A stretch of 64,000 nucleotides of DNA from Candidatus Nomurabacteria bacterium (GTDB lineage: Bacteria > Patescibacteriota > Minisyncoccia > Phycocordibacterales > UBA9973), in NCBI GenBank assembly GCA_023267215.1, contig JAHFNS010000002.1:128892-192891 (forward strand), read 5' to 3'. This document shows positions 20,348-30,550 of the stretch, piece by piece; within the stretch, counting starts at the first letter, position 1, and each line of letters opens with the position of its first letter. The notes below the pieces were generated by a model, which was not told the origin of the DNA, ran no database searches, and was given only the letters and a program-made list of their open reading frames with translations. The position numbers and the translations under genes are program-made.

Positions 20348-21622
20348 TTATACAAATGTAAGAGCTATTCCTTTCTTACCAGAGCGGCCAGTACGGCCTA
20401 TTCTATGCACATAAGTTTCATAAGTTTGCGGAATATCATAGTTGATGACATGAGTCACATCTGGGATATCAAGGCCGCGGGCTGCGACGTCTGTCGCAAT
20501 TAATATATTTATTTGATCTTTTTTAAATTGTTCTAGGGTACGGATACGCTCACGACTTCTTTTGTCACCGTGAATACAACCTACCTTGAATCCCATATGT
20601 GAAAGCTCTTTAGTAAGAGTATCTACGCTGTGTTTCATCTCTCTAAAAATCAAAACTTTATCTGAACCATCTCTTTTTAATATTTCATGTAATTTTTCTA
20701 ATTTCTCTTCTTTGCTTCTTGTATGGACGACGTCTTGATCGATATTCTTTGCAGTCTCGCCAGATATGACAGAAATGAAAACAGGATCAACTAAAAACTC
20801 TGTTGTTAATTTTTTAACTTCAGGTGAAAGCGTAGCTGAAAAGAAAAGAGTTTGACGATTTTCTTTTGGAACTTTACTAAGGATAAAAACCATATCATCC
20901 CGGAATCCCATATCGAGCATTCTATCTGCCTCGTCGAGAACCACAGAATGACAAGTTGATAAATCTAAGACTTTTCTCATAATCAAATCTTTTATTCTTC
21001 CTGGTGTACCAATGACGAAAGAAACTCCTCTTTTTATTTCTGTTATCTGTTTCATTATCGGAAGTCCACCAACACAAGAGACAGAGAAAATTCCCAAACC
21101 AAAAGATAACATTCTAAAATCAGAATCTATTTGCATAGCGAGCTCTCTTGTTGGAGCCATAATCAAAATAGTTTCCCTTTTATTTTGTCCTTTCGTTTTC
21201 ACAATCTTTTCAATTAAAGGAAGAATAAAAGCTGCTGTTTTCCCTGTTCCGGTATTAGCCATACCGAAAACATCTTTACCTAAAAGAACCGAAGGAATAG
21301 CTTGATCTTGAATAGGTCTCGGATTTATAAATCCTGCTCTCGCTATATTTTTATGAATTTGGGTATCAAAAGGAAAATCAATAAAAGTGTGTTTAGAAAC
21401 ATAAGACTTCTCTTCTACCCGCTCCCCTTTTTTAATAAAACGAGAAAAATCTATGCGCTCAGAAAAACCTCTCTTTTTAGGACGGTTGTTGCTTCTCTTG
21501 AAATTACTGCCAGCAAATTTGTGGACAGGTTTACTAGAAAATTTATGGGCAGGCTTTGATTTTAAACCAAATTTAGAATGCCCGAATTTCTTCGGTTTTG
21601 ATGTAATATTATTTTTGTACAT
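20348..21622 (-). CDS. DEAD-box RNA helicase
   Basis: TGTGKT, PTRELA, DEAD, SAT, HRIGRTGR motifs. Confidence 0.96.
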   Translation of the reverse strand: MYKNNITSKPKKFGHSKFGLKSKPAHKFSSKPVHKFAGSNFKRSNNRPKKRGFSERIDFSRFIKKGERVEEKSYVSKHTFIDFPFDTQIHKNIARAGFINPRPIQDQAIPSVLLGKDVFGMANTGTGKTAAFILPLIEKIVKTKGQNKRETILIMAPTRELAMQIDSDFRMLSFGLGIFSVSCVGGLPIMKQITEIKRGVSFVIGTPGRIKDLIMRKVLDLSTCHSVVLDEADRMLDMGFRDDMVFILSKVPKENRQTLFFSATLSPEVKKLTTEFLVDPVFISVISGETAKNIDQDVVHTRSKEEKLEKLHEILKRDGSDKVLIFREMKHSVDTLTKELSHMGFKVGCIHGDKRSRERIRTLEQFKKDQINILIATDVAARGLDIPDVTHVINYDIPQTYETYVHRIGRTGRSGKKGIALTFV

Positions 21623-21678
21623 AATGGGTCACTCCCAATATGTTATTAGTCGAGAATGATGTTTAAAGAATAGCATTT

Positions 21679-22194
21679 CTATTCTTTTTTGTCAAATTGT
21701 CTACCAACTACATTGTTTGAATCTTTTTTATTGAAAAGCACTTCACTATTTTCAAGTAAATAAACATTTTTTATACCAGCAGAAATCATTGTATTCCAAC
21801 AGGGCTTGCAACACCACCAATGTCCCCACAGATAAAGATCTGCTTCTTTAATATCAAACCCATGATCTAGAGCATCCTTAATCGCACGAGCCTCGCCATG
21901 GTTCCTGGGATGACACCCTTCACAAAGTTCATAACCCTCCCCTGTTGGTATGTGTTGCTTAACCCGTTCACATTCATGTGTCTCATGATAAGTACTACCA
22001 TTTGCACCACGACCAATGACTTTTTCATTTTTCACTATCAAACTAGTATTTGGCATTTCTTTGTCTAAAGAATTCTCTTTTGCATATTCTTTAGCCTCAA
22101 TCATATATTTGTTCGTCATGGGCATATATAAAATACTACGTCCTTCAGGAATATATGGAACTTCAATTTTAGGTTTTTTTGTATAACTTTCCAT
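21679..22194 (-). CDS. Zn-dependent cytidine/deoxycytidylate deaminase-family protein
   Basis: HGE ... CCKPC zinc/catalytic motif. Confidence 0.8.
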   Translation of the reverse strand: MESYTKKPKIEVPYIPEGRSILYMPMTNKYMIEAKEYAKENSLDKEMPNTSLIVKNEKVIGRGANGSTYHETHECERVKQHIPTGEGYELCEGCHPRNHGEARAIKDALDHGFDIKEADLYLWGHWWCCKPCWNTMISAGIKNVYLLENSEVLFNKKDSNNVVGRQFDKKE

Positions 22195-22223
22195 AAAGTT
22201 TTAATTCTTATATAATACACTAT

Positions 22224-23075
22224 ATGACAACTTTTGACACAATCTATCAGGGGCTTATTAAAAGAATAATGACAGAAGGTATTGATGAAGTAATTGAGAG
22301 AACGGGTCATACTTCAAAAGCATTACCCGGACTTTCATTTTCTATAGATATTGAAAAGGACGGTTTTCCTATCCTTACCTTACGTAAAAATCCTATAAAA
22401 TCACCTATAGCTGAACAAATATGGTTTATTCAAGGAGAAAAAGACGCAACGTTTTTAAGAAAATTTACAAAGATCTGGGACGCATTTATGGAAACAGATG
22501 GGACAATTTCATCTGCTTATGGATGGCGTTGGCGACATCATTTTGGAAGAGACCAACTAGGAAAAACTATAGAACTTTTAGAAAAAGAACCAGTCTCCCG
22601 ACATGGAGTGATAATTACTTGGGACCCAAAAGACGACGGATACGGAGGAACACCTAAAAAAAACGTGCCTTGCCCTTTCGCTTTTACGATAAATATACTT
22701 GGCGGTCGTTTAAATATGCATAATATAGTTCGTTCCAATGATATGATGCTCGGCTGTCCTTTTGATGTATTTGGCTTTGCTCTTTTGCAATGTATGATTG
22801 CACAACGTCTCGACTTACGCCCTGGAATATATACTCATTCAATATCAAATGCTCATATTTATGACACTCATTACGAAGGAGCTAAAGAACTTATCTCAAG
22901 AACAAACAACCATCCGAAGGTAGACCTACATTTACCAAAAGATGCATTTCGTAGAGCTGAACAAAAAGACGAAAATCTAATTGCAGAAATTTTAACAGAT
23001 TTGCAAGCTCAATATAATCCACTTCCTCCAATAAATGGTCTAGAAATTATTCCACAATATCCAGATGTAAAATAA
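22224..23075 (+). CDS. thyA: Thymidylate synthase-family protein with Asp at the Asn177-equivalent position
   Basis: ERTG, GFPILT, YGWRWR, VPC(150), RSND...GCPFD(181), AHIY motifs. Confidence 0.85.
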   Translation: MTTFDTIYQGLIKRIMTEGIDEVIERTGHTSKALPGLSFSIDIEKDGFPILTLRKNPIKSPIAEQIWFIQGEKDATFLRKFTKIWDAFMETDGTISSAYGWRWRHHFGRDQLGKTIELLEKEPVSRHGVIITWDPKDDGYGGTPKKNVPCPFAFTINILGGRLNMHNIVRSNDMMLGCPFDVFGFALLQCMIAQRLDLRPGIYTHSISNAHIYDTHYEGAKELISRTNNHPKVDLHLPKDAFRRAEQKDENLIAEILTDLQAQYNPLPPINGLEIIPQYPDVK

Positions 23076-23105
23076 TGAGTATTATAATATAAAAATAAAA
23101 TTTTT

Positions 23106-23882
23106 ATGTCAGGAATTGAAAAATTTATTAAAACAAAAGAAGATTTTAAAAAATCTTATGAGGGATTAAAAAACGAATCTAGACTCATTACTTTTGATGG
23201 AGTAGATGGAGCAGGAAAAACAGAAATCTTAAAAAGAGTGATTGAAAAATTAAAAGAAAGGTTTAAAAATGAAGGGAAAAATCCAGATGATATTGTTTAT
23301 TTAAAATGCACCAGTTTGAGAGATACAAACAGTCAAAAAAATATAAGTGAAACCATTAACAAATGTAGAGATGAAAACAATTTTTGGGACAAAAATAAAA
23401 TCGACTATATTTTAAATCTCTGGTCAGCAAAATTAAATAGGTCTTATGGTGATCATATTCTTCCTTTAACTAGAAAGGGTAAAACTGTTATCCTTGATAG
23501 ATCTGAAATTGATATATTTCGGGCAGGTATAGAGTGGGGAAACAAAGAACTGGTAGATAAAATAAAAGAATATATGGAAAATGGGACATTAACCCACGGG
23601 ATAACTGCTGCTAATAGAATATTTGTCTCTAGTGAAACAAACGACGCTTATAAAAACTTAACTGAGCGATCTAAATCATTATCTAAAAATGATCCAAGAT
23701 CACTTGATGAAATGAAAAGTCGCGTTAAAAATGAAGAAGAGGCTGAAAAACTAATAGTTGAAATACAAAAAGAAAAACCAAATGTAATAAAAGTTGAAAA
23801 CAAACGAATTGAAAATGAAAAGGAAAGAAATGTGCAGTTTGAAAAAATTGCAGAAAAAATTATCAGCAATTTAAAATTATAA
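23106..23882 (+). CDS. Thymidylate kinase-like dNMP kinase
   Basis: FDGVDGAGKT P-loop and ILDR motif. Confidence 0.7.
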   Translation: MSGIEKFIKTKEDFKKSYEGLKNESRLITFDGVDGAGKTEILKRVIEKLKERFKNEGKNPDDIVYLKCTSLRDTNSQKNISETINKCRDENNFWDKNKIDYILNLWSAKLNRSYGDHILPLTRKGKTVILDRSEIDIFRAGIEWGNKELVDKIKEYMENGTLTHGITAANRIFVSSETNDAYKNLTERSKSLSKNDPRSLDEMKSRVKNEEEAEKLIVEIQKEKPNVIKVENKRIENEKERNVQFEKIAEKIISNLKL

Positions 23883-23899
23883 TATTAATACATACAAAT

Positions 23900-24424
23900 A
23901 TGATTCTATCTATAATAGCTGCCATTGGTAAAAATAATGAGATAGGAAAAAAGAATGAGCTTCTTTGGAATTTACCTGCGGATATGAAACATTTTAAAGA
24001 AGCAACCTCAGGCCACACAGTTATAATGGGACAAAAGACTTTTGAATCCATTGGCCATCCTCTTCCAAATAGAAGAAACATTGTTTTAACTCAAGATAAT
24101 TTATTTCAAAGAGAAGGAATAGAAATAGTCCACTCTCTAGAAGAACTTGATGCTTTGCTTAAGACCTCACCCCAACTCTCTCCAGGAAAGGAAGAAAAAG
24201 ATGAGGAGGTTTTTGTAATTGGAGGTGGACAAATATATAAATTATTTATAGATAAAGCAGATAAACTTTACATCACTCACGTCAATGCATCTTTCCCTGA
24301 CGCTGACGCATTTTTCCCAGAAATTATTCCAATAGTCTTTCTAGAAACTTCTAGAGAAGAACATAAAAAAGACGAAAAAAACGCATATGACTATGCGTTT
24401 ACTACATATACTAGATTTCAATAA
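23900..24424 (+). CDS. folA: Dihydrofolate reductase
   Basis: LLWNLPADMKHFK, MGQKTFES, LPNRRNIV, IGGG motifs. Confidence 0.95.
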   Translation: MILSIIAAIGKNNEIGKKNELLWNLPADMKHFKEATSGHTVIMGQKTFESIGHPLPNRRNIVLTQDNLFQREGIEIVHSLEELDALLKTSPQLSPGKEEKDEEVFVIGGGQIYKLFIDKADKLYITHVNASFPDADAFFPEIIPIVFLETSREEHKKDEKNAYDYAFTTYTRFQ

Positions 24425-24427
24425 ATT

Positions 24428-24757
24428 TTAAGGGTCTTCATCTGTCTTTACTCTAATCAATACTTCTCTACCATCAGGAGTTTTCTCTTTTTTATAAACT
24501 CTTTTTGTATTTATTTCAACTTTTCTTACAAGTTCTTTTTCTAAATCGTAGCCAAGGATTTCACACATTCCAAGTAAAAAAATAGCTACATCTGCAAGTT
24601 CTTCTGATACACCTTCCTGTCCGCGATTATGTTTTGAAAAAGCTTCAGAAAGTTCTTCGTGTGCACGACAAAATTCAAGGGCAATGTCTGTGGTATTAAA
24701 ACCATGTCTTACCTTATTTGCCATCACTTCTTCTTGTAATTTCTTTAAATCAACCAT
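24428..24757 (-). CDS. MazG-like NTP pyrophosphohydrolase
   Basis: EELSE ... EELADV motif. Confidence 0.8.
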   Translation of the reverse strand: MVDLKKLQEEVMANKVRHGFNTTDIALEFCRAHEELSEAFSKHNRGQEGVSEELADVAIFLLGMCEILGYDLEKELVRKVEINTKRVYKKEKTPDGREVLIRVKTDEDP

Positions 24758-24839
24758 AATATAAATATACTCTTTCGATAATAAAAAGGCAAAAAGTATA
24801 AAAATGAAAACCGCCCTCCGAACGATTTTCGAAAAGCGG

Positions 24840-25421
24840 TTAAATAGTTATTTTTTTTAGAATTTCATTCCAATTAAAAACCCTTACCACACCCTTGGGT
24901 AAAATATCTCTATTCCAAGGATTATCATAAGCTAAAACTTTTATGCCATTTAAGGAACAATCTTTGATATGCATCAGATCATCCTCAACTATTATTTGGG
25001 CATTCAATTCTAGACAAACCTTTGATTTCTTGATTCTTTCTCCTTCTGGATGATAGGAATTTGTGTGATGAATATCTGAAAACATCCCCCCAAAATTTTT
25101 ACTAACCCATTCTCTAGTTTCTTGGATTAAAGAATATTTTCTACCAGTTACTATAAAAAAATTATATCCTAATTCTTTTAATGAAGAAATAGTTTCAACA
25201 GAACCAGAGACAGGAATAATTTCCTTAAAATAATCAGACATATAAAAATTATCAATTCTATATCTAGTTTCTTGTTCTGAAACACCCAAAATCATGGGAT
25301 ACTGATAAGAAAAGAAATCTTTTTTTTCTAATTTTGTCCCATATTTATTATTATGGAACAAAATAAAATTACTGGTAAAATCACCCAGTACATCATCAAT
25401 GTCTACAGCGATATTGTCCAT
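24840..25421 (-). CDS. HAD 5'(3')-deoxyribonucleotidase-like protein
   Basis: VDIDDVL, VTGR, VEDD, PWN motifs. Confidence 0.82.
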   Translation of the reverse strand: MDNIAVDIDDVLGDFTSNFILFHNNKYGTKLEKKDFFSYQYPMILGVSEQETRYRIDNFYMSDYFKEIIPVSGSVETISSLKELGYNFFIVTGRKYSLIQETREWVSKNFGGMFSDIHHTNSYHPEGERIKKSKVCLELNAQIIVEDDLMHIKDCSLNGIKVLAYDNPWNRDILPKGVVRVFNWNEILKKITI

Positions 25422-25521
25422 TTTTTGTTCCTCTAATAATTTAATTTAAAAAAGAATTATTTTTCTTTAAACTACCCCAAAACACCCTAAAAGTAAAGTA
25501 TCTGGAGATTGAGATGCTTTA

Positions 25522-26238
25522 CTAGCTCTTTTTTATTTTTTGGAAAAGTGGCAAATACAAATCCTCTTTTGGATCGATAAGGAGTTCTTTTTTATTTACT
25601 TTTTCTATAAATTCTACTGGTGCGTCTGTTATAAGGGCAAGGGGTTGCTGTTCTTTCCCTTCTCCCATACAAAGCACGGCAGCGGTAGCAAGACTATCTG
25701 CTATATCAGTTTTAGACATTTTTAAAACTCTACCAAAAATATCTTTTTTACCTATATAATTTTTTATCCCTTTAAATCCTGAATAACCAAGAGCTACTCC
25801 AACAACCCCTGCTCGCAGTGGAAAAATTCTACTATCAGTAATTAAAACACCTAAATTTTTTATTTTAAATTTTTTCTTTAGTTCTTTTCTAATAAAATCT
25901 GAAGATCGAAAACTATCTTTGGGCAAAAGAACAAACTTTCCTTTTGCATTAGATTCATCTATTCCAGCTGAAGCCATGACCATTCCATCTTTAATGGTAA
26001 GCCAAACAAGCTTAGTTTTGATAGCAAAACTGCTTTCTTTTTTTATAAGTTTTATTTTCTGAGTATTTTTTTCTTTCTTATTTTCAAATTCAACTGTTCT
26101 GTCTTCCGAAAGAGAAACAATTTTAGAAGTGATAACTAAAACAGATTTTTCTGGAATCTTTTTTATATATTTTTGAATGAATTTTATTAAATCTTCATTC
26201 TCTTTAAATATTCTGGTTCTGATTGGAATAATTTTCAT
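25522..26238 (-). CDS. CofE-like gamma-glutamyl ligase (probable alternative folylpolyglutamate synthase)
   Basis: TSKIVS, AGIDESN, ITDS, MGEG motifs; located in a folate cluster. Confidence 0.78.
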   Translation of the reverse strand: MKIIPIRTRIFKENEDLIKFIQKYIKKIPEKSVLVITSKIVSLSEDRTVEFENKKEKNTQKIKLIKKESSFAIKTKLVWLTIKDGMVMASAGIDESNAKGKFVLLPKDSFRSSDFIRKELKKKFKIKNLGVLITDSRIFPLRAGVVGVALGYSGFKGIKNYIGKKDIFGRVLKMSKTDIADSLATAAVLCMGEGKEQQPLALITDAPVEFIEKVNKKELLIDPKEDLYLPLFQKIKKS

Positions 26239-26878
26239 TGTTATTTTTGCCTCTTAATAAACGAATCCCTAAATACGAAAGTGGAGTATAAAGAAAACCC
26301 ATAAATATTTTATAGGTCCACCATGGAATAATAATCAACAAGATAGTTTTTACGGGTAAGATACCAAGATAAGCAATAAACATAAAAATAGCAGAGTCAA
26401 AAAATTCTGACCAAATATTGGACAAATTTGAACGTAGCCAGAATTTCTTTTCACCTATACGTTTCTTTAAAAAGAAAAAAGAAAAAACATCCTGATATTG
26501 ACCAATAGCGAAAGCGACAAGTGAAGCTATAGAAAAACGAACTGAAAGTCCAAAAATCTGATTATACCCTTCTTTTACCCAAAGACCTTCATAAGCCCAA
26601 GGCATCACATTAGAGACCAAAGAATACAACAAAAATAAAGCAATACTTACAACACCAGCAAAAACAAAATTATTTGCCATTTTCTTTCCATACACTTCCC
26701 CAATGATATCCGTCATACAAAACACAATAGGAAAAGAAAAAACTGCCACAGAAAGATGTGTACCAAAAAGAAAAGGCATCAATTTTATTCCTAAAGTATT
26801 CGCAGCAAAAAGAGAACTTATGTAAAGCGTTAAACAGATAAGAATTTTCTTGTAATCCCTTTCAGTTAGTGTTTGCAT
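26204..26878 (-). CDS. Queuosine precursor transporter (YhhQ/Vut_1 family)
   Basis: TDIIGEVYG, ASLVAF..GQ..D, WLRSNLS motifs. Confidence 0.85.
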   Translation of the reverse strand: MQTLTERDYKKILICLTLYISSLFAANTLGIKLMPFLFGTHLSVAVFSFPIVFCMTDIIGEVYGKKMANNFVFAGVVSIALFLLYSLVSNVMPWAYEGLWVKEGYNQIFGLSVRFSIASLVAFAIGQYQDVFSFFFLKKRIGEKKFWLRSNLSNIWSEFFDSAIFMFIAYLGILPVKTILLIIIPWWTYKIFMGFLYTPLSYLGIRLLRGKNNNENYSNQNQNI

Positions 26879-26914
26879 TATAATTTTTACTAGAACCTAT
26901 CAACTAGAACCTAA

Positions 26915-27337
26915 TTAAATTACATCTATACCCATACTTCGAGCAGATCCAGCAATAATATTTATAGCCCCTTCGTCATCTTTTGCATTTAAATCTTTCA
27001 TTTTTTTCTTTGCTATCTCTAGCGCCTGAGCGCGAGTGATCTTTCCAGCTTTAGTAGTGATATTTTTACCTGATCCTTTCTCTACACCAGCAGCTTTCAA
27101 AATAAGCCCTGTAGCTGGAGGAGTCTTTACAACGAAATCATAACTTCTATCTTCATAAACAGTGATATTAACAGACACCTTGTCTCCCGCCATTTTAGAA
27201 GTAGCAGCATTAAATTTAGTGACAAAATCTCCAATATTTATCCCTGCTTGACCAAGTGCAGGTCCAAGCGGTGGAGCAGGAGTTGCTTTTGCTGCTTCTA
27301 TTTGTAATTTTATTTTTTTTGTTATTTTTTTTGCCAT
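26915..27337 (-). CDS. rplK: 50S ribosomal protein L11
   Basis: [13 protein letters not shown] and GSARSMG motifs. Confidence 0.98.
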   Translation of the reverse strand: MAKKITKKIKLQIEAAKATPAPPLGPALGQAGINIGDFVTKFNAATSKMAGDKVSVNITVYEDRSYDFVVKTPPATGLILKAAGVEKGSGKNITTKAGKITRAQALEIAKKKMKDLNAKDDEGAINIIAGSARSMGIDVI

Positions 27338-27393
27338 AATTTTATTTATTCTTTCCTTTATAACTTTTTAAACCTTATGAACTTTATATTAAT

Positions 27394-27939
27394 CTATGTT
27401 TTCTTAACTTGCAAGAAATCAAGTTCGACTGGAGTCTCACGACCAAACATTGACACAAGTACTTTTATTTTACCACGTTCTTGATCTATTGAATTTACTT
27501 TTCCCTCTAGATCCTTAAATGGGCCATCAACAATTCGAACTGTCTCATCTATTGCAAGATCGATATTGTGTTTAGCCACTCCGGTATCCATTTTCTTAAA
27601 CAGATATTCTACTTCTTCGTTTTTTAATGGAACCGGATTTACTCCAGCGCCAACGAACCCAGTGACTCTCGGAGTATTGCGAACAACGTACCAAGAATCA
27701 TCTGTAACAATCATATCAACTAAAACATAACCAGGATAAATCTTTTCTTCCACTTCTACTCGTTTCCCTCCTTTTATTTTTATCTTTTTTTCAATTGGCA
27801 CTATAACATTAAAAATTTTCTCATTCATACCCAATGAATCAATACGCTGTTTTAGATTACGTAAAACTACGTTTTCATATCCAGCATAAGTATGAATAGC
27901 ATACCAATTTCTTACTCCCTCTGTTTCTTGTTTAGACAT
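27394..27939 (-). CDS. nusG: Transcription factor NusG
   Basis: YPGYVLV, KOW domain, MFGRETPVEL. Confidence 0.98.
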   Translation of the reverse strand: MSKQETEGVRNWYAIHTYAGYENVVLRNLKQRIDSLGMNEKIFNVIVPIEKKIKIKGGKRVEVEEKIYPGYVLVDMIVTDDSWYVVRNTPRVTGFVGAGVNPVPLKNEEVEYLFKKMDTGVAKHNIDLAIDETVRIVDGPFKDLEGKVNSIDQERGKIKVLVSMFGRETPVELDFLQVKKT

Positions 27940-27943
27940 TGTT

Positions 27944-28129
27944 TTAGAAAGAAATTATTTTTTGCAAACCTTGTAAGAAAATGAAATCAAAAATACCTAA
28001 AAGATAAGCTATCAAGACAGAAAGAATGACTACTATTAATGTATAAAAAAGAGTCTGATTTTTAGTAGGCCAAATTACGTGTTTTAACTCTATTTTTGTT
28101 TCTTTAAAATATTCAATAATTTTTGACAT
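27944..28129 (-). CDS. secE: Preprotein translocase SecE
   Basis: ELKHVIWP plus TM helix; upstream of nusG. Confidence 0.93.
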   Translation of the reverse strand: MSKIIEYFKETKIELKHVIWPTKNQTLFYTLIVVILSVLIAYLLGIFDFIFLQGLQKIISF

Positions 28130-28228
28130 ATTTTTATTTTCTAAATCTTTTAAAAAAGCCCCTTTTCAAGGGCTCTTTTATATTACTCTTTTATTCCAAA
28201 ATAGTCAAATTCAAATTGATGAAATTTT

Positions 28229-29065
28229 TTATCTTATTTCATAAGTAATAGAGACATCTGAGGTTATGGTATTTTCTCCTTTTGGCAATAAGGCTTGAGC
28301 AGCTGAACCAGAAGCACTATCCATCATGACTGCCTTGGCAGAATACATTGGTGTAGGGTAATTTCCTCCCTCATTAAAAGAGGTTATTTTACCTAAGTGA
28401 ATTCCTAAATCTTTTGCCAAAACTTCTGCTTTGGATTTTGCATCATCAATTGCTTTTTTGCGAGCCTGTGCTTTTAACCCATCTTCGTTATCAATCGCGA
28501 AATTAGGACCACTTAGATCAGAAACACCTAATGTTCCAAGTCCTTGCATTATTTTCCCTACATCATCAGTATTTCTAACTTTCACAGTTATACTTTCTGA
28601 TGCAGTATATCCAGTGATTACTTGTTTACTAGGAGGACAATAATAAGCCGAGGAAGTACTTATAGTGGTTCCTGCTGTACCAGCACCCATAGGAATAGGC
28701 GGACAAACTGCTTGTTTATATTCGTATTTTGGATAAAAAGAAGCATTAGCTGTCTTTATATCTTTTTCAAGAACACCATCTGTCTTTAAAAGATCTAGGG
28801 AACTTTTTTCAATTCCTGCAACGAGAATTTGCGCTTCCTTTACAGTTTTAGCATCTTTGCTAATAGAAAAATAAACATTGGCAATATCAGGTACTGCATT
28901 TACTTCTCCATGCCCAGAAAAAGTTATATTATTTTCTGGTTTATTATTCTCGCTACGAATAGATTCAGTCAAAAGACTAACACCAACAGCTATCAAAAAA
29001 ACAACAAGAAAAATTCTTAAACCTTTATACAATCTCATTTTTTGTTCTGGTAATATATTTATCAT
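28229..29065 (-). CDS. SIMPL (DUF541) domain protein
   Basis: GEVNAVPDIA and ARKKAIDDAKSKAEVLA motifs. Confidence 0.88.
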   Translation of the reverse strand: MINILPEQKMRLYKGLRIFLVVFLIAVGVSLLTESIRSENNKPENNITFSGHGEVNAVPDIANVYFSISKDAKTVKEAQILVAGIEKSSLDLLKTDGVLEKDIKTANASFYPKYEYKQAVCPPIPMGAGTAGTTISTSSAYYCPPSKQVITGYTASESITVKVRNTDDVGKIMQGLGTLGVSDLSGPNFAIDNEDGLKAQARKKAIDDAKSKAEVLAKDLGIHLGKITSFNEGGNYPTPMYSAKAVMMDSASGSAAQALLPKGENTITSDVSITYEIR

Positions 29066-29070
29066 AAAAA

Positions 29071-29472
29071 TTATTTTTCTTTAATTCCTAATAATTCGAC
29101 TTCAAAATTAATAGTGGCATTTGCAGGTATAACTCCAGGAACTCCGGTCGGCCCATAAGCATCTTCTGGAGGTATTTTAAGAAACTTCTTTTCACCTATT
29201 TTCATTCCGACTATTCCTTTATCCCAACCAGGGATAACTTGTTGTGCTCCCAAGGTAAATTCAAACGGTTTTACGTGATTAAATTTTGGATCAACATTAG
29301 AATCAAATGGAGTACCATCTTCTAACGTGCCTGTGTAATTCATAGAAACAGTGTCACCTATTTTAGCAATTTTTTCTTCTGGCATTGTATTCTTATTATT
29401 AATTGTAATAAAAACTAAAACTCCTATAACAACGATTACTATTAAAAACCACCAAATAATATTTTTTTTCAT
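29071..29472 (-). CDS. FKBP-type peptidyl-prolyl isomerase, membrane-anchored
   Basis: VIPGWDKG, IPPEDAYG, FEVEL motifs. Confidence 0.92.
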   Translation of the reverse strand: MKKNIIWWFLIVIVVIGVLVFITINNKNTMPEEKIAKIGDTVSMNYTGTLEDGTPFDSNVDPKFNHVKPFEFTLGAQQVIPGWDKGIVGMKIGEKKFLKIPPEDAYGPTGVPGVIPANATINFEVELLGIKEK

Positions 29473-29526
29473 GAGTTCTAAAAAATTTAATGTTTGATAA
29501 TAGAACAATTATACACCCAAGGAACA

Positions 29527-30540
29527 CTAAATCAAATTGACTTCTCTTTCTAGTTTCAAGCCAAATTTATCTTCAACAGAGTTTATAACTTGTAGAGAAA
29601 AATTCTCTATTTCTTTTCCCGTTGCTCCGCCATAGTTTACGAGTATTAATGCTTGTTTTTCGTGCATACCGACATTGCCGACTCTCTTCCCCTTCCATCC
29701 ACATTGCTCTATAAGCCAACCAGCTGGAATTTTAATAAGATCATCTTCTTTAAAATAAGGAATATCGGGGTATCTTTTCTGTAAATCTTCTAATTTTTCT
29801 TCAGTGATAAAAATATTTTTAAAGAAACTTCCTGTATTTCCTAAAACTTTTGGATTTGGTAATTTACTCTGACGTATAAAAACAATGGCATCACTTATAT
29901 CTCTAGAACTTTTTATTTCAATTTTATTTTCTGTTAAATATTCTTGCAAAACTTTATAATTAATATTTTTTTTCTCTTTTCTGCTTAATTTCACAGTTAT
30001 GGCAGAAATAAAATATTTTCCTTTTAATTTATTTTTAAAAATACTTTCTCGATAACCAAATTCACATTCTTTATTTGAAAAAACTTTTTTTTCTCCCGTT
30101 TCAATATTATAAGCTTCAACATTTTCTAATGTATCTTTTAATTCAGCTCCATACGCTCCTATATTCTGCATCGGCGATGCTCCAACTGTTCCTGGGATAA
30201 AAGATAAATTCTCAAGACCCCAAAATCCTTGGTTAACTGAGAAAAGTACTAAATCATGCCATTTTTCTCCTCCCATAGATCTCACTAAAACAAAATCAGA
30301 ATTATTTTCTATGATTTCAATCCCCTTTAATTTATTAAAAATAACAATACCGTCAAAATCTTTTGTAAATAAAACATTACTTCCCCCACCAAAAAATAAT
30401 TTTTGATTGTTTTTAAATTCAACAGACGTTAAGAGTTCTTTTAAATCTGTCTCTTTGTTTATTTCAACAAAAAATTTTGCATGCACGGTTATTCCGAAAG
30501 TATTCAATCTGGTTAAATTATAATTTTTGGAAATTTTCAT
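29527..30540 (-). CDS. murB: UDP-N-acetylmuramate dehydrogenase
   Basis: GGGSN, IPGTVGA, QNIGAYG, GSFFKN motifs. Confidence 0.95.
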   Translation of the reverse strand: MKISKNYNLTRLNTFGITVHAKFFVEINKETDLKELLTSVEFKNNQKLFFGGGSNVLFTKDFDGIVIFNKLKGIEIIENNSDFVLVRSMGGEKWHDLVLFSVNQGFWGLENLSFIPGTVGASPMQNIGAYGAELKDTLENVEAYNIETGEKKVFSNKECEFGYRESIFKNKLKGKYFISAITVKLSRKEKKNINYKVLQEYLTENKIEIKSSRDISDAIVFIRQSKLPNPKVLGNTGSFFKNIFITEEKLEDLQKRYPDIPYFKEDDLIKIPAGWLIEQCGWKGKRVGNVGMHEKQALILVNYGGATGKEIENFSLQVINSVEDKFGLKLEREVNLI

Positions 30541-30550
30541 CTTATATTGA

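Noticed and set aside
21679-25421. Nucleotide cluster as a prophage
   Set aside because: There are no structural, terminase, polymerase or integrase genes, and it is flanked by housekeeping genes.
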